From assembly GCA_963665275.2 (NCBI GenBank), contig CAXXIN010000018.1:1-64000 (forward strand): DNA of 64,000 bases, in the 5' to 3' direction. Under the pieces are notes generated by a model. That model did no database searches. It saw only the letters and a program-made list of their open reading frames with translations, and was not told the origin of the DNA. The DNA is from Negativicutes bacterium (lineage in GTDB: Bacteria > Bacillota > Negativicutes > UBA1444). This document shows positions 9,012 through 18,585 of this stretch, piece after piece. Both the position numbers and the translations under genes were made by a program. Each line of letters opens with the position of its first letter. Positions within the stretch are counted from its first letter, which is position 1.

Positions 9012-11294
9012 ATGATATTGAGGTTGAAGGCATTGCAACATATGCGGCGGTTTCTCCACTATGGAGCGTGGTCTCTGATCATTGGCTGTCTGCTGTTATT
9101 CGTTTATTGGAAAACGAACGGGCAGGAACTTACGGCAGCTTTTAACGATGCAATGTTGAACCGGGCTGGCCGTTTTCTGAGCGGGCATTTGTCTGCTGAA
9201 AGAATGGATCTTTCCCTGTCCGGATCAACTTTGATTCATAAACTGGGCGTGTATGACAAGAATAATAAGCCAGTGGCCAGTGCTAACATGATTACTGTCG
9301 ATCTGAATATCCTGGACGTTCTGCGCGGCGATTTCGACCTCGCGAAAATCAAGTCCGTATCGGTTGAGGGGCTACAACTCCATTTGGAACGCGATCCAAA
9401 TGGGCGATGGAACGTGGAGGACCTTCTAAGGCCTGAAACGGAGGCCCCGCGCTCTGCCTTCAGGGGTCGAGTTCTGCTCAACCAGGCAACGGCGTTCATT
9501 TTGACTTCCGATCAACAGAACCGTTTTGATAAAATTACAGGCGACTTGGATTTTGCGACATTTCCTGAGATCAAAGCCGATCTGGGTGGATTTCTGGGGG
9601 AGTCGACGCTGTCGATTAAGGGTACGTGGTCTGACTCCAAAACGCTGGATCTTCGCATACATGTCGATGAAATGGACACGGCCCAATTGCCTGCCAGTAT
9701 GACTACCCTCGGAAAGGCCGATTTTCTCGGCGGAAAAATAAGCGATTTCACGATCGCTCTGGGGCGCGAAAAAGAGGACGTTAGCATCGGTGTCAGTGGC
9801 GTCCTGTCAAATTGCGCGATTAATATAGCTGGCGTAAAAGTGACGGAGGTGCAGGGGCGAGCGAAGTATGACAAACAGCTGTTGCGATTGGATGACGTCA
9901 CGATGGTTTATGCCAATCAGCCGCTATCTGTGGACGGGCAGGTCGATCTGAGCGCAGCGCAGCCCCGACTGAACCTGAAAGTGTCTTCTTCGTCATTTGA
10001 TTTATCCTCCGTAGCCAAAACATCCCCGGTGCATGGGAAGATCACGTTTGCTGCCGTTGTTGAGGGAACGCCTCTGGCGCTGGTTGTCCGAGGTGATTAT
10101 AAAATTCCTGTAGGCACGGTCGATTCGGTCGAGTTCACGGATGCAGCCGGTAATTTTGCTTATCAAGCCGATGTATTGAATATCTATCAGACTTCTTTGT
10201 CCAGCATGGGCGGAAAGCTGGAGGTTTCGGGGAACTGGAATCGAAAAACAGGCGATTCTGTGCAAAAAATCAGCGGCGCGAATATTGACGCAGCGAAGCT
10301 TGCAAACGGTTCGATTCAGGGGACGGTTGATATTGTGGCCGAGGTTATTGGCAAAGAGGGTCAGGACCTATTGATCAGAGGATCGTTTACTTCCCCTTCG
10401 GTCACTCTGTCGGGGAGAAAATTCGAAAAAATATCGGGGGCTTTCGAGAAACAAGGCAAGAATATGGAACTGTCGAAGCTGACGTTGATAACGAGTGATC
10501 AAAATTTTAACGCAGAGGGAAAACTCATACTCGTTGCTGATGACCCCCAACTTGAATTTTCTCTGCGTTCCGGCGGGGTGGAGTTATCGGCGTTTCGCCC
10601 GGATGTCCCGATTTCTGGGCAGATTTCCTTTCAGACGGCAATAACCGGCACGTTGAAAAATTATACGATGGAGGGGACCTTTGAACTTCCGGTCGGAAAG
10701 ATTGGATCTGTGCCTTTTGCTTCGGGGGCCGGTAGTTTTTCTTTGGCAAACGATGTGATTGTTCTGAAAGAAGTCAGGGCTAATATGCTCGGCGGTTTAA
10801 TTTCCACGGAAGGCACTATTGCAAAAGAGGGTCACTTCAATCAACGGATTAGCGGGCAGAACATTGAGACGGCATTGTTGACAGGCGGAGAAATGAGAGG
10901 GGTCGCGAATTTCACGGCGGTTGTGGCCGGGAAAGGATCCCTGGAGGCGGCTTTGGCCGAGGGGAAAATCTACATGGAGACCGGGACAATCGGCGCCTAT
11001 GAATTTTCCGCGTTGAATATAGTATTTCGCAAGCAGGGGCAGCGGCTTCAGATTCCAGCGCTCAATGTCAAGGCTCTTCGCGGGTTTGTAACAGGAACCG
11101 GCCATTCTGAAGGGGACTACCTGATTATAAAATTCGTGCCGTCAAGTGGGGCCAAAGTCAATTTATTAGGGTTCGGAAACCGTCTCCTTTTCGGAATGGA
11201 TCCGTTGACTGCTGTGATTCGGCAGGAGATCTTTAAGAAACTCACCTTGGGCGAAGTGAAAATCAAACTGAAAAGTCTAGCGTATCGTGAATAA
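9012..11294 (+). CDS. AsmA/TamB-like (DUF748-like) repeating beta-groove envelope protein
   Basis: N-terminal TM helix, the LERDPNGRWNVEDLL motif typical of AsmA/TamB N-termini, alternating beta-strand pattern and an internal repeat. Confidence 0.7.
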   Translation: MILRLKALQHMRRFLHYGAWSLIIGCLLLFVYWKTNGQELTAAFNDAMLNRAGRFLSGHLSAERMDLSLSGSTLIHKLGVYDKNNKPVASANMITVDLNILDVLRGDFDLAKIKSVSVEGLQLHLERDPNGRWNVEDLLRPETEAPRSAFRGRVLLNQATAFILTSDQQNRFDKITGDLDFATFPEIKADLGGFLGESTLSIKGTWSDSKTLDLRIHVDEMDTAQLPASMTTLGKADFLGGKISDFTIALGREKEDVSIGVSGVLSNCAINIAGVKVTEVQGRAKYDKQLLRLDDVTMVYANQPLSVDGQVDLSAAQPRLNLKVSSSSFDLSSVAKTSPVHGKITFAAVVEGTPLALVVRGDYKIPVGTVDSVEFTDAAGNFAYQADVLNIYQTSLSSMGGKLEVSGNWNRKTGDSVQKISGANIDAAKLANGSIQGTVDIVAEVIGKEGQDLLIRGSFTSPSVTLSGRKFEKISGAFEKQGKNMELSKLTLITSDQNFNAEGKLILVADDPQLEFSLRSGGVELSAFRPDVPISGQISFQTAITGTLKNYTMEGTFELPVGKIGSVPFASGAGSFSLANDVIVLKEVRANMLGGLISTEGTIAKEGHFNQRISGQNIETALLTGGEMRGVANFTAVVAGKGSLEAALAEGKIYMETGTIGAYEFSALNIVFRKQGQRLQIPALNVKALRGFVTGTGHSEGDYLIIKFVPSSGAKVNLLGFGNRLLFGMDPLTAVIRQEIFKKLTLGEVKIKLKSLAYRE

Positions 11295-11389
11295 TACATT
11301 GCCCGAAAGAATGAGTGAATTCAGTGGCCCTGTCTCATGAATTATGACAGCTGTAAAAGAGAAATAATAGAATTGCAAGGAGGTTTCCC

Positions 11390-12202
11390 ATGAGACACAA
11401 AATCATCGTCAGCCTGCTCTTCTCCGCACTCTTCTGCCTGATGGCTCAGACAGTATCGGCGGCGCCGGATCAGGAAGCCACCCCCAAGCCCTTCAAGTTC
11501 TCCATACAAAGTGAGTCGGCAACCAGTCCGGAAGCGCTCGTTCATTCCATGACCACCTTCATGAAAGCCCTGCCGCAGTTTTATGTCGCCGGCCAGGTCG
11601 ATTACGACAAGGTATATCAGGACAACAACAAAATCCTGTACTCCTTTGATTTCGACTATTACGTGAAACGGCCGGGCTCCTTCCAACTCAACCTCGACGG
11701 CGACGAACAGAACAAACAAATTCTGTTCAATGGGAAAACCCTCACCATCTATGATGCGGATAAAGCGATGTATGCAGTGATCGAATCCCCGTCCACCCTG
11801 AGCATCGATGAGATGCTGGACAAGGCGAAAGAACACAAACTGATGTTGGCGCTTCTGGATGTGGGCCGCAGCAACTTCGGCGACAACCTGCTCAAGGATG
11901 TGGTCAAATCCGCGTACGTAGGTCTGTCAAGCGTTGGAGACATTTCCTGCCACCATGTGGCATTCGCGAAGAAAGATCTTTCCTACCAGCTTTGGATCGA
12001 AGAAGGGGACAAACCCTTCCTGCGCAAATTCACCGTAACCCTTAAGACCAATCCGGCAATGCCCAGCTGGACTGCCGAAATCACAGACTGGAACCTGGCG
12101 CCGGTGTTGCCTGAGGGCTGGACCGAATTTGTTCCCAAAGCGGGCATGAAAAAGATTGAGTTCCTGAAACCTTCCACTCAGCCGGTTTCAGCAGCAAAGT
12201 AA
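11390..12202 (+). CDS. DUF2092-family periplasmic protein (LolA-like fold)
   Basis: Signal peptide; motifs VKRP, FNGKTLTIYD, YVG..V..CHHVAF, YQLWIEEGDKP and FVPKAGMKKIEF. AGGAGG RBS. Confidence 0.85.
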   Translation: MRHKIIVSLLFSALFCLMAQTVSAAPDQEATPKPFKFSIQSESATSPEALVHSMTTFMKALPQFYVAGQVDYDKVYQDNNKILYSFDFDYYVKRPGSFQLNLDGDEQNKQILFNGKTLTIYDADKAMYAVIESPSTLSIDEMLDKAKEHKLMLALLDVGRSNFGDNLLKDVVKSAYVGLSSVGDISCHHVAFAKKDLSYQLWIEEGDKPFLRKFTVTLKTNPAMPSWTAEITDWNLAPVLPEGWTEFVPKAGMKKIEFLKPSTQPVSAAK

Positions 12203-12221
12203 CAGGAAGGAGAGAGCGAAT

Positions 12222-12779
12222 ATGCTTCAATTGAAATCTCGCAATATCATGGCAGGGCTGGTCATTGCAGCTATGCTGTTGGCAACGAGTTTGCCGATCG
12301 TAGAAGCCGCCCGAGGAGGAGGCGGTGGTGGATCCCGAGGTGGTGGCGGCGGTGGTTCGCGAGGCGGCGGTGGCGGCGAAAACCGGACTCAAAGTCGGTC
12401 TGCAGACCGCCCGGCGCAACGGCCCGCAGACCGTCCGGACCGCAATACAAATCGCGACGCAAACGTCAATAGAGACGCCAACGTCAACCGCGACACAAAT
12501 GTCAACCGCAATACGAATGTAAACGTCAACCGCAATACAAACGTTAATGTACATGGTGGTTACGGCGGCGCCTATGGCGGCAATTATTACGGGGGCGGGG
12601 CTGTTGCCGGCGCCTTCATCGGTGGAGTGATCATCGGCTCTATTATCAACAGCGTGCCGCAGGAGAGCGAGACGGTGATCATCCATGAAGTTGAGTACGT
12701 TTATGACGGGACAAATTATTATGAACCGGTATATGACGGCCCCGATGTCGTATACAAAGTAGTTCCGGATCCACGCTGA
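12222..12779 (+). CDS. Secreted low-complexity protein (Gly-rich plus NVNR repeats) with DUF6515-like C-terminal domain
   Basis: Signal peptide, RGGGGGGS x3, (N)RD/NxNV repeats, then IGSIINSVP..YVYDGTNYYEP..VVYKVVPDP. Confidence 0.75.
   Translation: MLQLKSRNIMAGLVIAAMLLATSLPIVEAARGGGGGGSRGGGGGGSRGGGGGENRTQSRSADRPAQRPADRPDRNTNRDANVNRDANVNRDTNVNRNTNVNVNRNTNVNVHGGYGGAYGGNYYGGGAVAGAFIGGVIIGSIINSVPQESETVIIHEVEYVYDGTNYYEPVYDGPDVVYKVVPDPR
12441..12551 (+). repeat. Degenerate 18-nt tandem coding repeat (NRDANV/NRNTNV)
   Basis: aatcgcgacgcaaacgtc / aatagagacgccaacgtc / aaccgcgacacaaatgtc / aaccgcaatacgaatgta ... Confidence 0.85.
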
Positions 12780-12818
12780 ACCGCGAGAATGATAGTCTGT
12801 GATGGCCACGTTATGGAT

Positions 12819-12853
12819 AAAAAGGAGTCTGACAAAGCGTCAGGCTCCTTTTT
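12819..12853. terminator. Bidirectional intrinsic terminator
   Basis: aaaaaggagtctgac-aaagc-gtcaggctccttttt. Confidence 0.85.
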
Positions 12854-13040
12854 GTCGAAGAGTCGATCTGCTGATTTTCCTCGAAAAGCTGCTAAATGTC
12901 CTTTTGGTGGGAGCTAAACATTTTTTGCAGGGTATAATCTAAATGCAGATAGTTGCCTCTGAACAAAGGGTTTAGCTGCGCGCACAGGGAATAAATTCAT
13001 TTAGTGAAAAATTTTGAAGAAGACCGGAGGCTGATGGACC

Positions 13041-14027
13041 ATGAAAAAAAGTGCCCTGTTAGTTTTTGCGATGATTTTCAGTATGATGTTTACCGCCTAC
13101 GCCAGTGAAATTAAAGCTACTGATTACGCTAACCCGGAATCCTGGTTGGCGTTGCCTGTTTCCACAGAAAAAGCCGTGGATGTGTTTTATCTTTACCCGA
13201 CGGTGTTTCAAAAAGTTAACAAAGACGAGCCGAATGTTTGCAACATTGATAATCCCGTCATGCAGAAAAATTCAAAGCTGGCGTTTGCTTTCCAGGCTTC
13301 TGCTTTTGAACCGGTAGGAAATCTATATGCACCCTATTATCGACAGGCAGACGCTGCTTATACGCTGGCGTTGCCGCTTGCGGAGCAGCATCAAGTGGTC
13401 GGCGGGATACCCGCGACTGATGCGTTGGCCGCTTTCGATTACTATATCCAGAACTTCAACCAGGGTCGTCCGTTTATTTTAGCTGGACACTCGCAAGGCT
13501 CCAACGTGTTGCTGTATTTCCTCAGTGACTATATGAAGGCGCATCCCGAAGTGCAAAAAAGAATGATTGCCGCCTATGTGATCGGCTACTCTATTACACC
13601 GGAGTATCTGGCGAACAATCCCCATTTGAAATTTGCGCAGGGGCCGAGTGATACAGGCGTGATCATTTCCTTCAATACGGAAGCGCCGAAAGTCGAGGGA
13701 AAGAATCCGGTCGTATTGCCTGGCGCCATGGCAATAAATCCTATCAGCTGGAGCCGGGATGAAAGAACGGCAACTGTGGCCCAAAGTTTGGGTTCTGTGG
13801 ACATGGATGCAACCGGAAAAATGGTAACGTTGCCACATTATGCGGATGCAACTGTCAGTAAAACGAGAGGCGTAGTGATTTGCAGTACGGTTGATGTGGA
13901 CAAGTTATCGCCGGGGAATCAGGTGTTTCCAAAAGGCGTTTATCACCATTATGATTATTTGTTCTACTATTACAATCTCAGGGAAAATGCCGCTAACCGG
14001 ACGGAAAAATTCTTCAGCAAGCAGTAA
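13041..14027 (+). CDS. DUF3089-family secreted alpha/beta-hydrolase (copy 1)
   Basis: Signal peptide; VDVFYLYPT, YAPYYRQA, GHSQGS nucleophile motif and YHHYDY. Confidence 0.88.
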   Translation: MKKSALLVFAMIFSMMFTAYASEIKATDYANPESWLALPVSTEKAVDVFYLYPTVFQKVNKDEPNVCNIDNPVMQKNSKLAFAFQASAFEPVGNLYAPYYRQADAAYTLALPLAEQHQVVGGIPATDALAAFDYYIQNFNQGRPFILAGHSQGSNVLLYFLSDYMKAHPEVQKRMIAAYVIGYSITPEYLANNPHLKFAQGPSDTGVIISFNTEAPKVEGKNPVVLPGAMAINPISWSRDERTATVAQSLGSVDMDATGKMVTLPHYADATVSKTRGVVICSTVDVDKLSPGNQVFPKGVYHHYDYLFYYYNLRENAANRTEKFFSKQ

Positions 14028-14041
14028 GAGGAGGGCTTCCC

Positions 14042-14770
14042 TTGTCAGTTGGCGGTCTGAAAAAAATATTGGTGATTGATCACTCCAGCCTGAACCGCCT
14101 GAAAGCCAAGTTGGTACTGGAGAAACAGGGGTTTGTTGTTCTGGAACTGGACAATGCCAACGATTATTTTCGTTCCCTCTGGAACTATACCGACGTCGGA
14201 CTCATCTTGCTGGATTTCATCCATATCCCGGGACTGAGCGGAGTTGATGTCCTGAAACGGATGCAGGAATATAGTTGCAATGCTTGGCCTCCGGTAATCA
14301 TCGTTTCCAGCAACCCGGACGCCGAAATGGTTGCGAGCACCATTGAATTCGGAGCCCGGGATTGCCTGATCAAACCCTTTAATGAAGACGCTCTATGCCA
14401 GCGAGTAGAACGTCATTTTGGCCGCATTAAAGAATTCTTCGCCGGCAAACAACTGTGGAGCATCAATCTAACGTCGAAGGGGTGCGCTCTTGGAAACGGC
14501 GTGGCCGTGATTGACGGAGACAATGTAGCCGGAGGCACTTCCCGGTTCTATTTTACCGGCTATTGCAACCTCCGCTCCGATCCGGTATCGGCTCGTCTGA
14601 AGGTCACGTTATTAGCGCCGGGACAGTCCTCGTTCGGTCCATCCTTTGACAGTTATCACGTTGTAATGCACGGTTCTCCGCATAATGATGAATTTGTTTT
14701 GTTTGGCCATATGGAGGAGCATCCAGAAAATCAACTGACTTCCGTAATGAAAAAATTAGCAGATCTATAG
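14042..14770 (+). CDS. Response regulator: receiver domain fused to GrlR-like beta-barrel output domain
   Basis: REC motifs ILVIDH, LILLD, IIVSS and KPF. The C-terminal ~105 aa (LWSINL..GNGVAVIDGDNVAGG..FYFTG..KKLADL) follow the GrlR-family pattern. TTG start after GAGGAGG. Confidence 0.7.
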   Translation: MSVGGLKKILVIDHSSLNRLKAKLVLEKQGFVVLELDNANDYFRSLWNYTDVGLILLDFIHIPGLSGVDVLKRMQEYSCNAWPPVIIVSSNPDAEMVASTIEFGARDCLIKPFNEDALCQRVERHFGRIKEFFAGKQLWSINLTSKGCALGNGVAVIDGDNVAGGTSRFYFTGYCNLRSDPVSARLKVTLLAPGQSSFGPSFDSYHVVMHGSPHNDEFVLFGHMEEHPENQLTSVMKKLADL

Positions 14771-14819
14771 CCGAGGCGTCAGTCACAGATAAAAACGATT
14801 GATAAAAGGAGCGAAAATA

Positions 14820-16532
14820 ATGAAGTTTACCCGCAGAACCTTCCTCAAAACAGGTCTATCCGGCGCCGCCGTGGTTGCCTGCGGCACAGTGCCGTCCAAA
14901 TGGCTGCGTCCGGTAGCAGCGAAAGCGGCTGCCAAAAAATCCCGTACAACCGTAGCGCGTACCGTGCTACCTGTTCCAGTACCGGCTTCTTCACCGCAGC
15001 TGCTTCCAACTGAGCTGGCCAAGTATGCACAGAATGGATATGGAAAGTGGCAAATGGGAGAAGGGCTGGGCTACGAAAAAAGACTGGATCTGATGAAGCC
15101 TGGATATAATGCTGCTACGGTTACACCGGAGGCCGATCTGCTGCGATTCTTTACCATTAGCGATATCCATATCTCCGACAAGGAAACTCCCGCGCAGGCT
15201 ATATTGTATGGGTATAAGGGTGGAGTTTCGTCCGCGTATTCGGGCGTTATGCTTTACACAACTCATGTCCTCGACGCAGCTATCCAGACAGTCAACGCAC
15301 TGCACAAAGAAACGCCGATCGATTTTGGATTATCTCTGGGCGATACCTGCAACAATACCCAGTACAACGAGCTTCGCTGGTATGTCGATGTTTTGGACGG
15401 CAAGATCATCCAGCCGAGCTCCGGAACTCACGTCGGCGCCAACACGATCGACCATCAGATCCCCTACAAAGCGGCCGGCCTGGATAAAACGATCCCCTGG
15501 TATCAGACGATGGGAAATCATGACCATTTCTTTATCGGTTTTTTGCCGCCGAACGATTATAGCCGGCAGGCTCTCCTCGGCAGAGATATCATCAATCTGG
15601 GCAACGTGTTCGTTGATCCGCGCGGGTTGGATAGCCGGGGCTTTTATATGGGGGCAATCGATGGCGGAACTCCGTACGGAGATTTGATCGGTGTCGGACC
15701 TGAAAAAGACTTCGCAACGCCGCCCCAGGTTCGCGCTGCCGACCCGGATCGCCGATCCCTGTATAGGCGGGAATGGATGAATGAGTTTTTCAAAACCTCG
15801 AGTCGCCCTGTCGGTCATGGCTTTACACAAGAAAACATCGATAACGATTTTGCCTGCTATTGCTTTGAACCGAAATCCGATATTCCGATCAAGATGATCG
15901 TGCTCGATGATACCCAAGGCAACGACGACCCCGTCAATCTAGAATCACTCGGTTACGGACACTCTTGCCTGGATCAGAAAAGGTATGATTGGCTGATCGA
16001 GCAATTGGATATGGGTCAGGCGGAAGGAAAACTGATGGTCATCGCCGCACACATCCCGATCGGCGTCGAACCTTGGCCTTCCATGATGGGGTGGAACCCG
16101 ACCATTCCAGTAACCGAAGCGCAGTTTATCGCCAAGCTTCAGGAATATCCAAATTTAATTCTGTGGGTTGCGGGTCATCGGCACATCAATACCGTCACTG
16201 CATTCAAATCACCGGACCCGGCGCGTCCCGAGCTCGGTTTCTGGCAGATAGAGACGTCCTCCTTGCGCGATTTTCCCCAACAGTTCCGCATCGTTGAAAT
16301 CGTTCGCAATACCGATAATACAGTTTCCATCCTGGCAACCGACGTGGACCCGATCGTTAAAGAGGGCTCGCCGGCGGCAATCTCGCGGTCGTATGCCGTC
16401 GCGGCCCAGCAGATATTCAAGAATGAGATGCCTTACCTGCCTACAGGTTCGTACAATGCAGAGCTGGTCGCCCAATTGAGCCCGGAAATGCAGGCGAAGA
16501 TTCAGAAGGTTGGTAAACCGGTTCGTGATTAA
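14820..16532 (+). CDS. Tat-exported calcineurin-like metallophosphoesterase, TIGR03768 (RPA4764)-type (copy 1)
   Basis: Twin-arginine signal TRRTFLK; metal motifs SDIH, GDTCN, GNHD, AHIP and GHRH; QIETSSLRDFPQQFR. Confidence 0.85.
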   Translation: MKFTRRTFLKTGLSGAAVVACGTVPSKWLRPVAAKAAAKKSRTTVARTVLPVPVPASSPQLLPTELAKYAQNGYGKWQMGEGLGYEKRLDLMKPGYNAATVTPEADLLRFFTISDIHISDKETPAQAILYGYKGGVSSAYSGVMLYTTHVLDAAIQTVNALHKETPIDFGLSLGDTCNNTQYNELRWYVDVLDGKIIQPSSGTHVGANTIDHQIPYKAAGLDKTIPWYQTMGNHDHFFIGFLPPNDYSRQALLGRDIINLGNVFVDPRGLDSRGFYMGAIDGGTPYGDLIGVGPEKDFATPPQVRAADPDRRSLYRREWMNEFFKTSSRPVGHGFTQENIDNDFACYCFEPKSDIPIKMIVLDDTQGNDDPVNLESLGYGHSCLDQKRYDWLIEQLDMGQAEGKLMVIAAHIPIGVEPWPSMMGWNPTIPVTEAQFIAKLQEYPNLILWVAGHRHINTVTAFKSPDPARPELGFWQIETSSLRDFPQQFRIVEIVRNTDNTVSILATDVDPIVKEGSPAAISRSYAVAAQQIFKNEMPYLPTGSYNAELVAQLSPEMQAKIQKVGKPVRD

Positions 16533-16560
16533 GTGCAACGAAAAATATGGAGATATTTTG

Positions 16561-17487
16561 ATGAAACGAAGGCTTCTGTTTGTCCCATTATTGTTATGCT
16601 TCCTCTTGTCAGGCCTACAGACGGCTCAGGCCACGGAAGGGGCATCAAGCTACTACTTTCCCGGCTCCTCCACTACCTTCGGAACCGCTATTACGCCGGC
16701 GCCCGGATTCATGGTGGCCAATCAGCTGCTATATTTTAAGGGTAGTGCAGCTAAAGCCGTGCTGCGCGGTCATGTAAATCTGGAACTTGATTCAAACGCC
16801 ATTTACAATTACATGGCAGGTTTCTATACTTTCAAACAGCCCGTATTCGGTGGACGCCTGCAAATCGGCGCGGCGATCCCCCTGGCCAATGTCAATCTCA
16901 ACGCCAGCGCCGACTCCACGATCGGATCACGCAATCTTTCTGACAACAGCCATGGGCTCGGTGATACAGTTGCTTCGGCCGCTCTATTTTGGAAAAAAAG
17001 TGATATCTTCTATAAGCTCACTCAATCGGTCTATGTCCCAACCGGGACCTACACCGCCGGCGATATTGCAAATGTAGGACGGAACTACTGGGCGTTTGAC
17101 ACCTCTCTCGCAATGACCTGGATGAATAAAAAAGGCACAGAAATAACCCTCACCCCAGGCATCATGTTTAATGCCAAGAACCCTGGAACTGATTATCAGT
17201 CAGGCAACGAGTTTCATGTTGACGTCGCAGTGAATCAATTTTTGCAACCCAATTTTGCGGTGGGGTTGCACGGATATTATTACAGTCAGGTGTCGGATGA
17301 CAGCGGCAGCGGGGCTGTGCTGGGAGGCTTCAGGGGCAGTTCGCTCGGATTCGGGCCTGCCATTCTCTGGATGCCCAAGGCCGGCAAAGGGAATCTCTCT
17401 ATCGTCGCCAAGTGGCTCCATGATCTGGATGACACGAACCGCATGCACGGCGATTACGGGCAGTTTGTCATTGGATACAAATTCTAA
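16561..17487 (+). CDS. SphA/phenol MetA-type outer-membrane beta-barrel channel
   Basis: Signal peptide then TEG..YFPG, GLGD, PTGTY, GRNYW, YQSGNEFH and GYYYSQVSDD; C-terminal Phe. Confidence 0.85.
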   Translation: MKRRLLFVPLLLCFLLSGLQTAQATEGASSYYFPGSSTTFGTAITPAPGFMVANQLLYFKGSAAKAVLRGHVNLELDSNAIYNYMAGFYTFKQPVFGGRLQIGAAIPLANVNLNASADSTIGSRNLSDNSHGLGDTVASAALFWKKSDIFYKLTQSVYVPTGTYTAGDIANVGRNYWAFDTSLAMTWMNKKGTEITLTPGIMFNAKNPGTDYQSGNEFHVDVAVNQFLQPNFAVGLHGYYYSQVSDDSGSGAVLGGFRGSSLGFGPAILWMPKAGKGNLSIVAKWLHDLDDTNRMHGDYGQFVIGYKF

Positions 17488-17556
17488 GTGAAGTGAATGA
17501 AATAATGGTAATTTAAAAGTGGTCATATAACAACTGATGTACTGAGGGGGACGACC

Positions 17557-18543
17557 ATGAAAAAAATACTGCTGAAGAGCCTACTCGTTCTGTTACTGCT
17601 CGTAAATACGGCTTTCGCCGCAGAACCATTACCCTCCTGGAACGATACCGGAGCAAAACAGGCTATTGTTACTTTTGTCGAACAGGTGACGATGGACGGT
17701 TCCCCGAACTTCGTGCCACTCTCTGAGCGCATAGCCACTTTCGACAATGACGGCACGCTTTGGTCCGAGCAGCCAATGTATTTTCAGGATTATTTCACCT
17801 TCGACCGTATTAGGGCACTCGCGCCGCAGCACCCTGAATGGAAGCTGAAGCAACCGTTCAAGGCTGTTCTGGAAAATGATGTGAAGGCACTTGCGGCAAT
17901 TAGCTGGCCCGCGTTGGAGGAGCTGATCATGGCTTCTCAAGCCGGAGAAACCACCGAGGAATTCGCCCAAGCCGTCAAGGACTGGACGGCTACCGCGAGG
18001 CATCCGCAGACCGGTCGCCTCTATACGGAAATGGTCTTTCAACCGATGCTGGAACTGCTCGACTACCTGCGCGCCAATGGTTTCAAGACCTATATGGTGA
18101 CCGGCGCCAGCCAGGAATTCGTTCGCCCCTGGGTGGAGCAAGTTTACGGCTTTCCTCCTGAGCAGGTCATCGGCTCAAATTTCAAGACGAAATTTGTCAT
18201 GCGCGAGGATGGGCCCGTGATTCTGCAATTGCCGGAATTTGTTCTCATGGTCGACAATGCGGGAAAACCGGTGGCGATCAATCAATACATCGGCCGTCGT
18301 CCCATCGCTTCGTTTGGCAACTCCGACGGAGATTTACAAATGCTCCAGTGGACAACCGGAGGCAGCGGCTTGCGACTGGGACTCCTCGTTCATCATACCG
18401 ATGCCGTGCGTGAGTGGGCCTATGATCGTCAATCCGCCGTTGGACAGCTGGATAAGGCGCTCGATGCGGCGAAGGCAAAAGGCTGGACCGTTGTAGACAT
18501 GAAGAAGGACTGGAAAATCATTCACCCCTTCGAGAAGCAATAA
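17557..18543 (+). CDS. Secreted HAD-family phosphatase
   Basis: Signal peptide; LPSWND, motif I FDNDGTLW, motif II VTG and motif IV GNSDGD. Confidence 0.88.
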   Translation: MKKILLKSLLVLLLLVNTAFAAEPLPSWNDTGAKQAIVTFVEQVTMDGSPNFVPLSERIATFDNDGTLWSEQPMYFQDYFTFDRIRALAPQHPEWKLKQPFKAVLENDVKALAAISWPALEELIMASQAGETTEEFAQAVKDWTATARHPQTGRLYTEMVFQPMLELLDYLRANGFKTYMVTGASQEFVRPWVEQVYGFPPEQVIGSNFKTKFVMREDGPVILQLPEFVLMVDNAGKPVAINQYIGRRPIASFGNSDGDLQMLQWTTGGSGLRLGLLVHHTDAVREWAYDRQSAVGQLDKALDAAKAKGWTVVDMKKDWKIIHPFEKQ

Positions 18544-18585
18544 TAATTGGCTTGGGTCGGAGATGCAAATGGAGGGAACGAGAAA

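Noticed and set aside
12441-12551. Short tandem repeats as a possible CRISPR array
   Set aside because: 18-nt degenerate in-frame coding repeats with no spacers and no cas genes.
12081-12809. 242-aa minus-strand ORF with V/D/I repeats
   Set aside because: Reverse-complement readout of the NVNR repeat gene, which has the RBS and signal peptide.
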